A stretch of 61,232 nucleotides of DNA, from assembly GCF_001194135.2 (NCBI RefSeq), contig NC_068983.1:101601190-101662421 (forward strand). The letters run 5' to 3'. Below are positions 35,851 to 49,110 of the stretch, piece by piece; the first letter of the stretch is position 1; every line of letters begins with the position of its first letter. The notes under the pieces were generated by a model. It was given only the letters and a program-made list of their open reading frames with translations. It was not told the DNA's origin and did not search any database. A program made the position numbers and the translations under genes. The DNA comes from Octopus bimaculoides (lineage: Eukaryota).

Positions 35851-38019
35851 GGTGTTTCTCTCACGTAGAATACTGTGTCATGGATGCCTGATCCCATGTA
35901 GTGTGTCTTAGTTCTGATTCTGAGATAGAGCTGCTTGTGCTTGTTAACTTTAAGAAAACATTGAAGACCTTGTATTCATGTAATTATTGTCATTTAAGAT
36001 TTCTGTGTTTTACTGTTGTGTGTTAGATCTGAGTAGACCAATGCCACAAAGATAGCAATTCTGGAGTATAAGTTAGATTTCATTAATTTGACTGTATTCT
36101 AACCATGGTCATTATGACTGTTGATATGTTGTATTAAGATGTAGGTTTTAAAATGTGACCTGTTTTAAATACAGTAAGTTTGTTTAGGCAGATTTGACTT
36201 TTATACTGAGTAGGTCAAAGGAGTTCATACAAAGTTCTCTTGGTTTGAAAACTTTACCATACTGTGGTGATTGCTGGTAAAGAGCCAGTAAATAATTCCC
36301 AGATTTAATGAAAATAATGAATAACGTAATGACAAAAAGTATATTTAGATATACAAGTTATAATTTGATTAAATTAGAGTTTTATATGGATTTAATTTTT
36401 TTGTTTTAATTATCAGTAGCTTTGTGTACGTTGAAGTGCTTCAGTATGTATCCACTTTTTAATTGAAATGTGATAATCTAAGAGACTACTCCAGTTCATA
36501 TACAAAGGCTATTGTTCTCTAACTCGAGCAAATGAATTGATATTGAAGCCAATAAAGTAGTAGTTGAAATACCTTCAGAGTTCTATGTTGACATTTAAGG
36601 CATTTGTTTTGTATGTAAATATTGGCATTGCGTATGAAGTAGAAGTTTCACTTATGTCAGTTGGAATAGACCTTCAATGTAATGTATATAAAAAACAACA
36701 AAAGTATGTTTTGTTGTCTAATATATCATATAATGTCTAATATATCATTTACACAAGGAGATGCTGAGAATAAACCAGTTACACAACTATCAAGTTTATT
36801 TTCAGAGGAGACAATTTCATAAATCTGGACTGAGATGGGTTAATTGATATCAGAATGATACAAGTTTTAGTTCCATCTGGAACTTTGTAGCATAGTCTGC
36901 TTGCTGACCAGTTTGTGATTGTATGGACTGGCACTTTGGTAGAATGAGCTGAGATGGTATGAGATAGTTATGAATGCCCTTCTGTTACCATGTTTCTGCT
37001 GAAATATACTTCTTTTCCTTTCAGATTATTTTGAAAATAATGAAGAATTTAGCAAATTAACTTTTGTTCTTATGCTGGTCTTTGGTGTAAATTAACATAA
37101 AATTTTAATGGAAAGTATGAATTGAGATCACTTTAAAACAGGAAATTTGTATCATAGAACTAGGGGAGGTATAGGGTGGGTTGATATGAAATGGGTTAAG
37201 ATATATTAGAAGTTTTCAACTGAATGGTCTTTGTATTTTAAAGTTAATTAATGTTAGTTTTGTGTATGACTGAGTTTGATGAGGAGGCATTTGTAACAGC
37301 TTGAATGTTTACTTATGACTTGAATGGGCTTCAACAGAAAATGAATTGTGCTTCTCTCACACAGTCATCAATTTTGTTATATGAATTATCAAACATGATG
37401 TATAGAGACCTAACGATACAGGGAGAATTGGTAATGTTTGTGGTTTATAGTGACAGGTTTCAGAATTGTTGGAGTTTTATTAAGATTATGGACTTGAAAG
37501 TAACGTTTTCTATCTTTTGCCAAATATTGTTCTTGTAAGTTGTTTAATTTTAAATTTTTCTTTTTTCATTTTCTTTCTTTTTTGGTGTTTGATAAAATAA
37601 GCTTGTGATGATCTAATGTGGCCATTGTTTTGTATTCTCTCTTACTAATTCTTTTCTAATCCTGAGTGGTTATGGAGGCTTGCTAGACCATTCTTTCTAT
37701 TTTATTTATCTTCTTTGTTATGTACATCAGAGTGTATTGTATGTAAAGTTGTCTAGTTTTCATTAGTTTAATTAGTTTTGAAGTTGGTGTGTACAAATCT
37801 GGTGATGAAACTTAATATTCTTTGATGTGTGTCTTTTTGTATATGTTTCAAGTTGTACATTATTATCCAATGACAGATAATCCTTTCAGTTTTTTTTTAG
37901 TTACCTCTGTATGTCTCCTTAGATTAGATCAAATATATTTTCAGTTAGATCTATTATTATGTGGAATAATATAATAGCACAAAACATTTTAAAAGATAGA
38001 GGTGGGATGGAAAGTGTTT

Positions 38020-38620
38020 ATAGCCTTTGCAGATTCTCTAGACTGAGGAAATTGATGTGGTTCAGTTTGAACATCTGTAGATTAATATCTGTAGGAAAAG
38101 ATATTGGTGATGAAAGAATTTCAGAAGAGTTGCAGTTCTAGTGGGGAAATGGGTCAAATGCAGGATGGATCTGGGTGTAAAATACAGTAAAGATGAAGGA
38201 AGATCTGGGGATAAGATACAGTGAAAATGAAAGATGAAAGGAAGAAAGATAGGTATGTTAGATGGATCTTCAAGGATATTGTATGCAGATGGTTAGTTCA
38301 GAGGAACAGAGGCTATTGTCGGGGTAATATAAGAGGTTGGTAGCAGAAACAGTACCTCTGTGAGTTTTTGGTTGTAGTGTGTTGGTGAGTGAATTTTTGC
38401 CAATTGGCTGAATGACCTTCTTTTGGATAAACTCATGTATTTAATTGCCATATTTGAACTTTGCAGAGGGTCAGTAATTGATTATGGCTGAAATATTTTC
38501 TGCTCTTGAAGAAGAGTCTTAGTCCTTATGATGTAGCTTTAGCAACGTTATATGTGTAAGGTTCACCTAGAGATATAATCAGTCATTTATGGTCTAGTAA
38601 CATTGAAGGTTTTAGTTGTG
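38020..38620 (-). mobile_element. CR1/L2-group LINE ORF2 C-terminus, degraded
   Basis: LFFKSRKYFS.NQLLTLCK, IQKKVI, THRGTVSA, and terminal IFPTDINLQMFKLNHINF. The flanking 36.7-37.9 kb also looks LINE-derived but is too degraded to call. Confidence 0.68.
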
Positions 38621-39029
38621 TATTGTTCATGTGTTGGGAAATAGTTAAATGTATTTGATTCAGATTCTTGCTTAATTAACCACTCATTATTCATTCTTAA
38701 TTTGCATTTACTAAGTACCACTGAATTTAATTCTTTATATTACTTATTTTTACAATAGTAGAGTCAATTAAATCCTAAATTCCATCTATTGTGTGAGAAG
38801 AGTATTTGATCATGCACATGATTTTTTTTTAGTTAATTTAGTATTCTATCACCAAGGCTTTCTGTATCTGTATCTCTCTTCTGTGTCCTTAATTTACCTG
38901 TAAGCAAGGAAGAGTTTAGTCTATTATCCACAGTACTGTACCAGTGATTGGATAGTCTCACAACCCTAGCTTAGAGACACTGTTTATTTATGCATACCCT
39001 AATGAATTCTAAATGTAATTGCTATCAGA

Positions 39030-39200
39030 TTCAGAAGTCCACTCTGTAAGGTGGTTGGTGTTAGGAAGGGCATCCAGCTGTAAAAAACCATACCAAAATA
39101 GACAGTGAAGCTTGGTCCAATTTTCTGCTTAGCTAACTCCTGCCAAACCACCCAACCCATGCCAGCATGGAAAACAAACTTTGTTGATGATGATGATAAT
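39030..39200 (+). mobile_element. RTE-type 3' tail repeat
   Basis: GTTAGGAAGGGCATCCAGCTGT..CCCATGCCAGCATGGAAAAC..TGATGATG. Confidence 0.85.
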
Positions 39201-40599
39201 CTACCACCACCACCACCACCACCACCTCCACCACCACCTATATATATACATGTGCATATATATGTATGTATGCTATATTCTTTGCCTTTTCCTTTTTGTT
39301 TTTGGGAAGTGGTAATCATAGTGAGGCATGGGACATAAAGAGTTGAGAAACACTACTCTATACCAAACTACAAGCATTTATTCCAAACATGAACCTATTC
39401 TGAAAAGCTCTCTCTATCCCTTGAAAGTTCAGAAGACCTTTTAATTGGAACTAGAAGAGTATTTAATTTAAAGTTTCTTGTTAATTATAACACATAATAG
39501 TTCATTGTAAGCAGAAGACACATGTTCTCTTCTAGTACTGAATATGGTGGAGATACTGTCATCATTAGTTTCATCATTCTATAAGAAATATTTTGCTGAA
39601 AAATCATTTCAGGTGTTAAAGGAACTACTACTATGAAAAATAAACTTTCATAGCAAGCAAAAGAGTGTTAAGTTCATTACTAAATATTTTACTTTCATAT
39701 TGATAATGTTTACTGTTTATTCAATTTGAAACTGTATTTCTGCTTTGATGTTTAAATTCCTTTTGTATTTCTATTTTGACAATTACCTTTTCTAGGTTGT
39801 TCTTTTTTGTATCAAGGAAAATTACATTTTAGTCACATAAAGATATGTAAAATTAAAAGTTCATTACACAGAAGAGGAATTTAATTTCTCTTATATATTA
39901 TGAAATTATTAACTATATAAAGTACATCTTCTGTAAGAATAACGTAGTAGACTTCTGATCATGCAGTTATTATTTCAGTTATTACTATAGCCATTGTATT
40001 GTACCCTTGGACAAGGCTTGTAACTCTGCTTATCTCAATTTTTCTACTTTATGGTTGAATGGTTCTGGCTGGAAGATTATTGAACTATAAAAAAAAAGTT
40101 CTCAACAAAATCCATACTAACATGTAAAAATGAATATAAAAGAATATTAACCTCATTTTCTTTTCTTTTATTTTTTTATTACCATTATATTGATCCTGAA
40201 TGAATGAGCCTACAATGGGACTCTTATGTATTTGCATGACCTGTTAGAAATAACAACCAAATATTCCTCAAATTGTACTGTCATCTTGAAAGAAGGTAGT
40301 ACAATAAAGATTGGGTAATGTTTCTGGCTGGAATGATTTTGCTCACAGGTCTGTAGATCAGAGCCAGCTTTTATTATCATCTTTGTTACCTGTTAGTAGA
40401 CAATAAATGGAGGAAAAGAAATGAAAAAAAAAACTATGTATTTGAAAAAAATAAAGTGGAAAAATGAATATGCATGTGGAGATAATTTTTTTACCAACTT
40501 AGGCAGTAGCTAAACCTCTCAAATTTTAAGTGTGAGAACGCATTCAAATTGCCATGTAAGAAGATCTCTGGAGATCACTGTTAGTGGTAGGCTTAATGC

Positions 40600-40800
40600 A
40601 TTGGCTACTTTAGTATATCCACTTGATCTTTAGCTCTATTTAGCAGAATTCGCTCTGTTGCAAACTTTCAAGCCTACCGCCATTTTTTTCCGGCAGACAT
40701 TAACTTGCAGATGTTCAGGCTGGGCATCAGCTACATCAACTTTACCAGTCATGGAAGGCCTATGAAGGTCGCAGTCAATGCCTCTTCTCCTTGACCAGTA
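40600..40800 (+). mobile_element. 3' end of the same LINE family as 38020-38620
   Basis: FFPADINLQMFRLGISYINF matches IFPTDINLQMFKLNHINF at 38.05 kb. Confidence 0.62.
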
Positions 40801-42319
40801 GAAATACAACTAACAGTTTATCATATCACAATGAATATATGGAAGGTCAAAATGAAATAAACAAAGGTTTTTGTTATGTGCAATTTGAATATTATTAATG
40901 AAAAATGATATAATTTATACGGTTGCAATCATATTTTGAAGTCATAATTGTTTAGAATTATATGATGTTTAAAATTATTTTAGAACCTAAGTTTTTAAAA
41001 GTTTGGATGTACTAGATTATATTACAGTATTTCCGAAGTTCTTCATGTACTAAGTTTATTCCTGGTACAAAATAGCAGTTAGTCTTTGATTTTGAAATTT
41101 GATATTTTTGTGTCTGGGAGAATTTCATTTTAAATTTAATTTTTTAGAATCTAAAGCCACAGTTTCCAAGCCAAGGACATTGATTTTTTTTAAAAAAGAA
41201 TTCTTAGATTATAATTGTGATTTCATTCCTTTAAATATACCTCTCTGACATTAAAAAAAAGAAATGGCAGTATCCTAGCATGACCACTGCTTCTGGTTGA
41301 ACCAAAAAAAGAAAGTTGTAACAGCTGTAACTTGGCAGACACTTCTGAGTCATGCAAGTGTGATGAAACAAATACTGAGGATCAGAAAGTTCCTATTGTC
41401 ATTATTTAAACAACAGATAACGTTGATTATATTGTCAACATGGAAATGTGTCAGAGTTTATGGCATATCACCACAAGAATAGATAGAAATCAAGCTCCAG
41501 CTATAGAAATCTCTTCCGACAATGTTCTTCACAAGTTGTTGACACATTTTATTGCATTTTCATCTCAAACCAATTTCTATTTTCCTTATATAATTATAAT
41601 GTTCAAAATTTTCAAAATTTTTAATTCAAACCATTTCTTTGTCTTTTGCTTGCTATCATATGTTATCATCTTTTCACATATTAGAATAACACATAACTAG
41701 TTGGTTTGAATAAACTGTACAGTTGCTATTCAAGTCAAGTTTTGCTTAAAATATTGTCTTCTTATTTATCTCTTTATGCTGGTTTTATGTTTCCCGGAAA
41801 ATGACTCACTCTGTAATGTATCAATATGAATATTCAGTAATCCTGGGGAACTGTTCACAGGATGGTTAGCTGATTATGTTAGTTACATCTCATTTTTTAA
41901 TGGTAGTGGTTCTAATACAAAGTGAAAGTTGACTTGCATTATTATTAAACAGAAAGTGAAACTGAAGGCAAGCTATTAGCATATCTTAATGATTAAGATG
42001 TAGATATTTTAACAGCAGTTGCAAATGATTCAGTCATACACTCAAAAGCTACACATTAGACCAACTCCACCCTACCAACAGTTATCATTTTCATAGGCTA
42101 ACACACTATTTACGATTTAGGTTTCCTAGAAACAATAGCTCCCTTTTTGTACAGAATTTTGTCATTGAATATTATTTAAAACAGACAGCTTTCAATCGAT
42201 ATCAAGCCATTTGCTGTTGGTGATCAGACTAGTTATACACAGGAATGACACGGTGTGCTCTATACAATTAGATTTAATGTCTTGTGAGTATTTTTATTTA
42301 TTATTATTATTATTATTAA

Positions 42320-42505
42320 AGTGGCGAGCTGGCAGAATTATTAGCACGCCGGGCAAAATGCTTAGTAGCATTTTATCTGTCTTCACATTCTGAGTTCAAA
42401 TTCTGCCGAGGTTGACTTTGCCTTTCATCCTTTCGGGGTTGATAAATCAAGTTGACTGCCCCCCCCTCCCCTAAAATTTCGGGCCTTGTGCCAAAAGTAG
42501 GAAGG
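42320..42505 (+). mobile_element. SINE family B
   Basis: GTGGCGAGCTGGCAGAATTATTAGCACGCCGGGC..GAGTTCAAATTC. Confidence 0.9.
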
Positions 42506-43467
42506 ATTATTATTGTTATTGTTATCATTGTTACTATTAGTATTGTTAAAAGAAAAATGAATTATAGTTGTTACTTTTTCATTGAGATATAATCAGTTCT
42601 GTTTTTATTCTCATATTTGAATGCATAAATAAAATGAATTAGAATTTGGATTCTTTCTGCTTGAGTATCTTTTCATAAATCAAGTTTGGATGAAACATTG
42701 TTGTGAGCTTAAAGGCTGCTTTGATGTTTTGTCCTGTAATTTGGAACTTCGTTCCTTTGTTGTTGGAATTTGTTAATTCAGCTATATATTGATGGTTGTA
42801 AATGATGAATACTACTAGTGTAGCAGAGATGTCATTGTAATTTGTAATGAGCTATTTAAAATAACATCAGGAATGAACGGTTTGATTTTTGCATTTAAAC
42901 CAAATGAAAACCCAGTATAATCAAGCATCAAATCTATCATTCTTCTATCTCAGCCTTTTATTTCTTCATCTTCAATATAATTTTTCATTATTACTTGGTC
43001 TTAAAATATAAATCTTTTATGTTTTTTAAATAACACGGAAAGTACAAATTATTACATTACAATAGAGTATTTTCAATTTCTCCTTTGAACTATGAGTACT
43101 TAGTGTTTGCATTTTAGATTATGTAGTTTTATTTTTACATATTGTGGTATAACCTTATCACAACTAGATCATTTTGAGGAAAATAGCCCTATATATGATT
43201 TCTTTGATTAAAACTGAAAGCATTTTCTCATCTAGTTGTCAGAAAATGCCAGAATTTATACATCTTTGTCAAGTTGAATAATATAATCAAATGTTATTAT
43301 TGTTATGGATTTATAATATTTCAAATCACATTAGCTAGAGATGAAGTTTTTTAAACTGAATTCTTTATGACTGTCTAGTTTTGTCTCTAGCTGAGCATTT
43401 AATATTAAATGATAATGATAATCATCAATAAAATGAAACTGAAAGAAATTTGTTTTATGGGTGCAGA

Positions 43468-43795
43468 TGTAGCTATGTGGTTAAGAAGTTTGCTTTGTAA
43501 CCATGTAGTTTTGCATTCCATCCCACTACTTTTCATATGCAAGTGTCTTCGATAGCTTCATTCTGACCTGTGCCTTATGAATGAGGTTAGTAGATAGGAA
43601 CTGTGTGGAAGCCTGTTGTATATACATATGTGTGTGTTTGTTTTTAATTTCCTTAATTTAATGGTTCAACAACTGGATTGATAAGTGCCAGACTTAAAAG
43701 TAAATACTAGGTTCTATATGATCGGTTGAAACTATTAAAGGCAGTGCCCCTGTATGCCTACTGTCCAGTGAGTGAAACAAGCATTAAAATAAAAC
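43468..43795 (+). mobile_element. SINE family A, old copy
   Basis: Degenerate head and tail (GGCAGTGCCCC..GAGTGAAACAAG). Confidence 0.7.
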
Positions 43796-44799
43796 AATAA
43801 AAGTCTTTTAATAAATTGCGGCATGTTGAAGAGCAAATACTCATGTCACAATCGTGGAGGTGATCATTAATAATGAATATCTGTCATTAAAGGAATTACT
43901 TCTTAGAAGATAACTACTAAATAAATGATTTTATAGAAGAAAAGTTCTTTCCTTTCAGTTTTTGGATTTTTTCACAAAATCATTTGGATTTCAGCAACAA
44001 ATCTGGTCCCTGAAACTTACCAGAATCATTCCTTTATATCTAACTAAAATTATTTTGTTGGCAAAATGTCATCCCATTTCAGTTCCATTTTACTATTGGT
44101 TCTGAAGCAAAACATCACCTTTAAAACACACATAGAGAGAGGGGGGGGGGGGAATAAAAAATTTTGTTGTTCACTGTCAGCTTTAAAAAAAACTTTTTGT
44201 TAGGGAATATACATTTCAGAATATTGTAATTTCTGATGCTTAAAATGAAGAATTTATGGAAGGTGGAATAATCTGTCATTATTGTTATAAATCCTTAGAA
44301 GAATGAAGCATCAGTAGTTTTGCAAGAATGAAGGAAAGAAATCAAAAATTGAATTTGTGAACTTTTTCTATCTATAATTTCCTAGGCTTAAAACAGAAAT
44401 CTGAAGGAATTTTTGAAAAAAAAAATCATCTTGAAAATTTTGAAGGGTTGGGGCACTTACTATGAAACTGCCAAATTTCTGATCCTGAATGTCTGATATT
44501 GAAAACACAAAAATCTGAAGACTTTTTTTAAAAAGTGATAAAGTGGTTTTTAAAATCCATGCTTAAACAAATAAGTACCCAAATGAGTTTTAACAGTCCA
44601 ACAATAAATAAAATGATGTAAAAATGTGATTGGGCACATTTTAGCCAATTGTTCATTTTTGTTTCAGTCACATTTTCTACTCACCAAATCTATTTAAAAC
44701 TTAAGAATTTACTTCTCTTAATGTATGCACTGTTTGTGGTTCAAATACTTCCCATCAAAACCAAGGAATCTTGTTTCAATGCTGCTATTTAGGTTTTCA

Positions 44800-45480
44800 A
44801 TGTAATAAATGTCTTGGTTATCTTTCATGTACTTGTTCCTCTAAAAGAATATCATCTTCACTGCTTTCTAGTGCATTTGTGATGCAGGATTTCTTAAAAG
44901 TCTTTACCATGAGGGTTTCAGAGATGTTTTTCCAGCTAATGTACTCATAACAAGGATCTCTTTGGCAAATGCAGGCTGTTGGAGTGATGTTCTTGTGCCC
45001 CTCTGCCAGCCACTGGTTCCACTTCCTGCAAACCTGCAACTTAAATGGCTTGTTAATGCTGACATTCAATGGTCGTAGAAGACTGATCATTCCATTGAGC
45101 ATGGTGGCAAGGTCAGTCTTTGTAGATTAAAGTCACCATTTCACAGTAAGTAGTTGATGGCATCTGAATGCATCTAGCATCAGTAAGGCTGGCTGTTTCA
45201 GCAGGCTGCTCTGATGTCTCACTACATTGTTTTGATCCTGTCACCCATTGTTTCTGTATTTATTTTCATAGACATAAGCATCTGTTCCTTTGGAAAATGT
45301 CTACTTGAGTAATGGTTTTCTTTTGGAGAAAACATCGGCAGCTGCTTTTTGCCATCATTAATATTGGCCAACATCACTGTAAAATGGTTCTTATTACCAG
45401 TGTTGTTGGTAGTAACTGTCCTCTGGCCCTTGAAATCAACTACCTATGGATATGAAGATGTCAAAGTTCAGAAGAGTTTG
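44800..45480 (-). mobile_element. pogo/Tigger (DDE-1) transposase fragment
   Basis: GMISLLRPLNVSINKPFK (degenerate GGxTSxLQPLDVSINKPFK), WKNISE..VKTFKKSCITNALESSEDDIL, NKNHFTVMLA. Confidence 0.87.
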
Positions 45481-45994
45481 ATCAGCATTCCATAACTGCA
45501 TGACTTTCTATCATTTGAATTTGTGCTTTGGTTCATTTAGGGTATGTGAAATTTTCCAAAGTAAATTTTAAAAATTTGACTAAACTCTTTTTACATATAT
45601 CATAATTCTGAAAAACAAAGTCATTTGCATATCATACATGTGAAATAATTTTTTCTGGGATTTTGTTGCCCATAATTAGCATGATACTTACAGTAGGTAG
45701 CCAGCACTTAGAGGTGTTCCTGTGAAAAACAAATGCATGCACACATTATGTATATGTTAGTGTGTGTGTGTATACATACCGGTTTGTATGTGTGTGTATG
45801 CTGTATTTGTGTGTGTGTATGTGTCTTTCTCTCTCTGCATATGCATGTACATGTGTCTGTGTTTATATGAATGTATAGGTTGGACAGGTTCTCCTCAGTA
45901 TAGTGCCTTTCCACTTATTACATCTGTTATCTCTTTCAAGAGCTTTAACCTCCTGAGATTGGCTATCACCATTATATATATGTGTGTATATATA

Positions 45995-46218
45995 GATGAT
46001 TGTGTGTCTTTGTGTCTGTTTTTCTCCCTACCCCCACTGCTTGACATCTGGTGTTGGCGTGTTTACATCTCTGTAAGTTAGCAATTCAGTAAAAGAGACC
46101 AATAGAATAAGTAGCAAGTTTAAAATAAGTACTGGGGTTGATTGATTTGACTAAATTTCTTCAAGGAGATGCCCTAGCATGGCTGCAGTCTAATGACTGA
46201 AACAAGTAAAAGGTAAGA
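45995..46218 (+). mobile_element. SINE family A, 3' half
   Basis: Tail GGAGATGCCCTAGCATGGCTGCAGTCTAATGACTGAAACAAGTAAAAG. Confidence 0.85.
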
Positions 46219-46246
46219 GACCTCCAGTAGAGCATACTTGCCTCAT

Positions 46247-46290
<44 letters not shown>

Positions 46291-46314
46291 CTAGTTTTCC
46301 ACATCCTCTGCATC

Positions 46315-46890
46315 AATATTCATAGTTTCACTATCATGCAATATTGCACTTAATAAGGCCTAACTTTCGTCTGGGGAGAGAATCCTTTTGTTGTTAAAAG
46401 AGATAGCTTCCTAAATTCTCCCCATCATGGTTACTATGCTCTCAAAATACCCAGCTCTACCACTCTTTATGGTATGCAGGTAAAAGAAACTGCCTTCCTA
46501 TCACTTGTACGAAATTTATTCATTTCATGTTTGTTCTTATTGTTGTTCACTATTCTTGTGCATCAACTGTATGCAAAGTTCTCTGTTATTCTGCCTGTAA
46601 TCCCACTACATCTCTTGTGTATCCATAGATGCACTGTATGAAATCCCTACCTGTCTCTTTTCTGTACATTGAGCTGGACCATTTCCCAAATGAAGCAGAG
46701 TTTTGTATTCTTTCTTGCTAACTAAAAGCTTTGTCTTTACTAGATTTACTTGAAGGCCTTTCAATTTTCTGCTTTTTGCCATGTTTAGAATTTCTGTAAG
46801 TCATCAACAGATTCAGCTATGAGAACTTGGCCACTGGTTTACAGGAGTTCCCACTAACAGCCTGTCTTAAATACTTTTTGTTATGGTCTG
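46315..46890 (-). mobile_element. RTE LINE internal RT fragment
   Basis: WELL*..VLIAESVDDLQKF, GLQVNLVKTKLLVSK, KRCSGITGR, LLTTKGFS. Confidence 0.8.
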
Positions 46891-47213
46891 GAGAACTATA
46901 ATAAACAAGAGTCAGACAAGAACAGAATCTTGATAGACTCCTAATTGCATGCTAAATTTCTTTAATGACAACATCTCTGTACACATCTTTCATGGATATT
47001 ACATGCTATTCATGTGTGTGTGCATGTGCGTGTGTGTTTGTGTGTGCATGCATGTACTATCACTTTTAATCCAGATGTCATGTGTTTAATGTATTTTAAT
47101 ATATATCCTTTCTCCAAAGCACTGCTTCTGGTCCTCCTACTGTAGTTAGATACTTCATATTTATTTACATTATTTACATTTGACGGATATTTGTCCTCAT
47201 CTTGTTTGTTGTT

Positions 47214-47259
47214 AACACAATGTTTCAGCTGATATACCCTCCAGCCTTCATCAGGTGTC
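47214..47259 (-). ncRNA. Second, inverted copy of the same hammerhead motif
   Basis: Exact reverse complement of 47536-47581. Confidence 0.65.
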
Positions 47260-47311
47260 TTGGGGAAATTTCGAACCTGGGTTCTCATTCATAAGGTATT
47301 TTTTGATGTTG

Positions 47312-47351
<40 letters not shown>

Positions 47352-47535
47352 GGAGTATTCACTCCAAAATTGCCCACAGGCATATGGCATGGTGATTAAG
47401 TGCACGGGCTTCTAACCCCAAGATTCCGAGTTTGATTCCAAGTAGTGACATGAATAATAATAGTAATAATAATAATAATAATGATAATAATAATAACATC
47501 GAAAAATACCTTTGGAATGAGAACCCAGTTTCAAA

Positions 47536-47581
47536 GACACCTGATGAAGGCTGGAGGGTATATCAGCTGAAACATTGTGTT
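47536..47581 (+). ncRNA. Minimal type I hammerhead ribozyme motif (Penelope type), probably inactivated
   Basis: GACAC-CTGATGA-AGGCTG(GAGGGTATAT)CAGCT-GAAAC-ATT-GTGTT: stem I GACAC/GTGTT, stem II GGCTG/CAGCT, both core boxes present. The expected AC-GT stem III palindrome reads AC-AT. Confidence 0.65.
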
Positions 47582-48974
47582 AACAACAAACAAGATGAGG
47601 ACAAATATCCGTCAAATGTAAAATAATGTACATAATTCCTCATCTCTTAAATATAGAACTATACTTCATATTGTTTCTTCATAGAAAGGCTAAATATATT
47701 TCACAGAAAACAGTGTCCGCAATGAAGGAACAAAGGCAAAATTGGTAGATTTTCTTTTTCTGTCTATTTGTTAATTCATTTAGGAAGTTATGATTTCACT
47801 TGGAATTGTAAGTAAAGAAAAACACTGAAAGTAGTACATTTCTACATTTCATTGCTATTATGTTAAACTGTCATATGTCCAAATAGGTTTTTTTCAATAT
47901 TTATTTTTGCTTGCAAATAGCTGGTTCTTCTGGTCAAACTATCGCATCTCCAGATGCTTTAGATGCCAATATATCAAAAATTGTCAAAGTGTTGTACAAC
48001 AGTTTTACTATATAATGGTGAATGAAACTATTTTTTCATTTTCTGAAAAAGCAACGTTTTGAACTTAGGGTACTTTTGCATAATAGCAACGATTTGTATT
48101 TTTATAGCTTAGTCAGGAGAAAAGAGACATTTGCAAACCTTCTGAGACTGGTAAGATTAATATGGTTTATGTTTAGCTTGAATATCTGTAAGTACATGGC
48201 TACAGGTTAAAAATATAAATATAGAAAAGTGAGTAGATAATTTTAGAGTTTTGTTACTCAGAGAGAGGGAGGAGTAAAATAATTTATAAAATATATATCC
48301 AATTATACAATTACATTGGCATGTTGTTTCAAATTAATATTGTCCATGCTGGCATGGGCTGAGAATATATTTCCTTCTCTTTATCTATCTCTATTATTTG
48401 TAACCATGACATAACTGCAATTATCAGTGACACATCAATTTTCAGTTGGTATTTTACATTCATTTTCTGGTACAGATTAGCTGAGTCTAGATTTAGAGAT
48501 TTATGTTGAATCAGAAATGTTGCGACTAGACGGCATTCGCATAGGCCTACAAGTCCTACCTATTTTCTAGTGACCAGATGGTACTCCTGAAAACCATCAA
48601 GCATTTGTTTCACCTATTTTCTAGTTAGACAAAAAAATTATAGGGAAGAAAAGTAGGTGTTGAAATTGAGGGTTTTGCATAATTAAAATAATAAATTCGA
48701 AACTTGAAGGGAAACTAAAATAAACTTAAAAGGAAAACAGGATAATTTAGTGTAATGATAAAAACTGAGATGACAAATCATCAATCTACATACTATTATT
48801 TTATTTAATGTTTGTCTAATTACACAGAATGAGATGTGTTATTTTGTATGGAAATGAACTAATTTCAGGCATTATAGATGAAAATTGCTCATGTGTTTCA
48901 ATTTGAGCCTTCTTTGTGACTCTGTCGTTTATATTCTGAAACTGAAAAAAGAAAATTATTTTGCAAACTAATTG

Positions 48975-49039
48975 TGCATGCATGTGTGCTTGCACATGCG
49001 TGCACACGCACGCACACACACGCATGCACACACACACAC

Positions 49040-49077
<38 letters not shown>

Positions 49078-49110
49078 ACACTCTCTCTTTGTCTCTTCCC
49101 CTCTCTCTTT
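48975..49110. repeat. (CA)n / (CT)n microsatellite; similar runs at 45760-45850, 51759-51776, 51903-51970
   Basis: Direct reading. Confidence 0.95.

Larger units (their letters stand above)
47162..47660. mobile_element. Composite insertion: inverted 3' copy (47162-47350, -) plus tRNA-headed SINE with hammerhead-type tail (47379-47660, +), 12-bp TSD
   Basis: ATACTTCATATT at 47150-47161 and 47661-47672. tRNA-like head with A box TGGCATGGTGATTAAG, anticodon-like CTTCTAA and B box GAGTTTGATTCC. The arms are reverse complements over about 170 bp. Confidence 0.85.

Noticed and set aside
37024-37095. Strong plus-strand acceptor followed by DYFENNEEFSKL
   Set aside because: It lies in what appears to be degraded antisense LINE sequence, stops early and has no good donor.
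40628-40770. GC-richer, exon-like segment
   Set aside because: It is explained as a LINE 3' end by its match to 38.03-38.10 kb.
41280-41560. Coding-looking fragments (ESCNSCNLADTSESCKCDE..)
   Set aside because: Stops and frame changes occur, there are no splice signals, and no family is recognised.
42640-42850. 70-codon open minus-strand frame after an AG
   Set aside because: Frames of this length are expected many times by chance in 61 kb, and no homology is recognised.
47379-47445. Functional tRNA-Arg gene
   Set aside because: There is no acceptor stem pairing or terminator and it runs into a repeat body; it is a SINE head. The same holds for the other tRNA-like heads.
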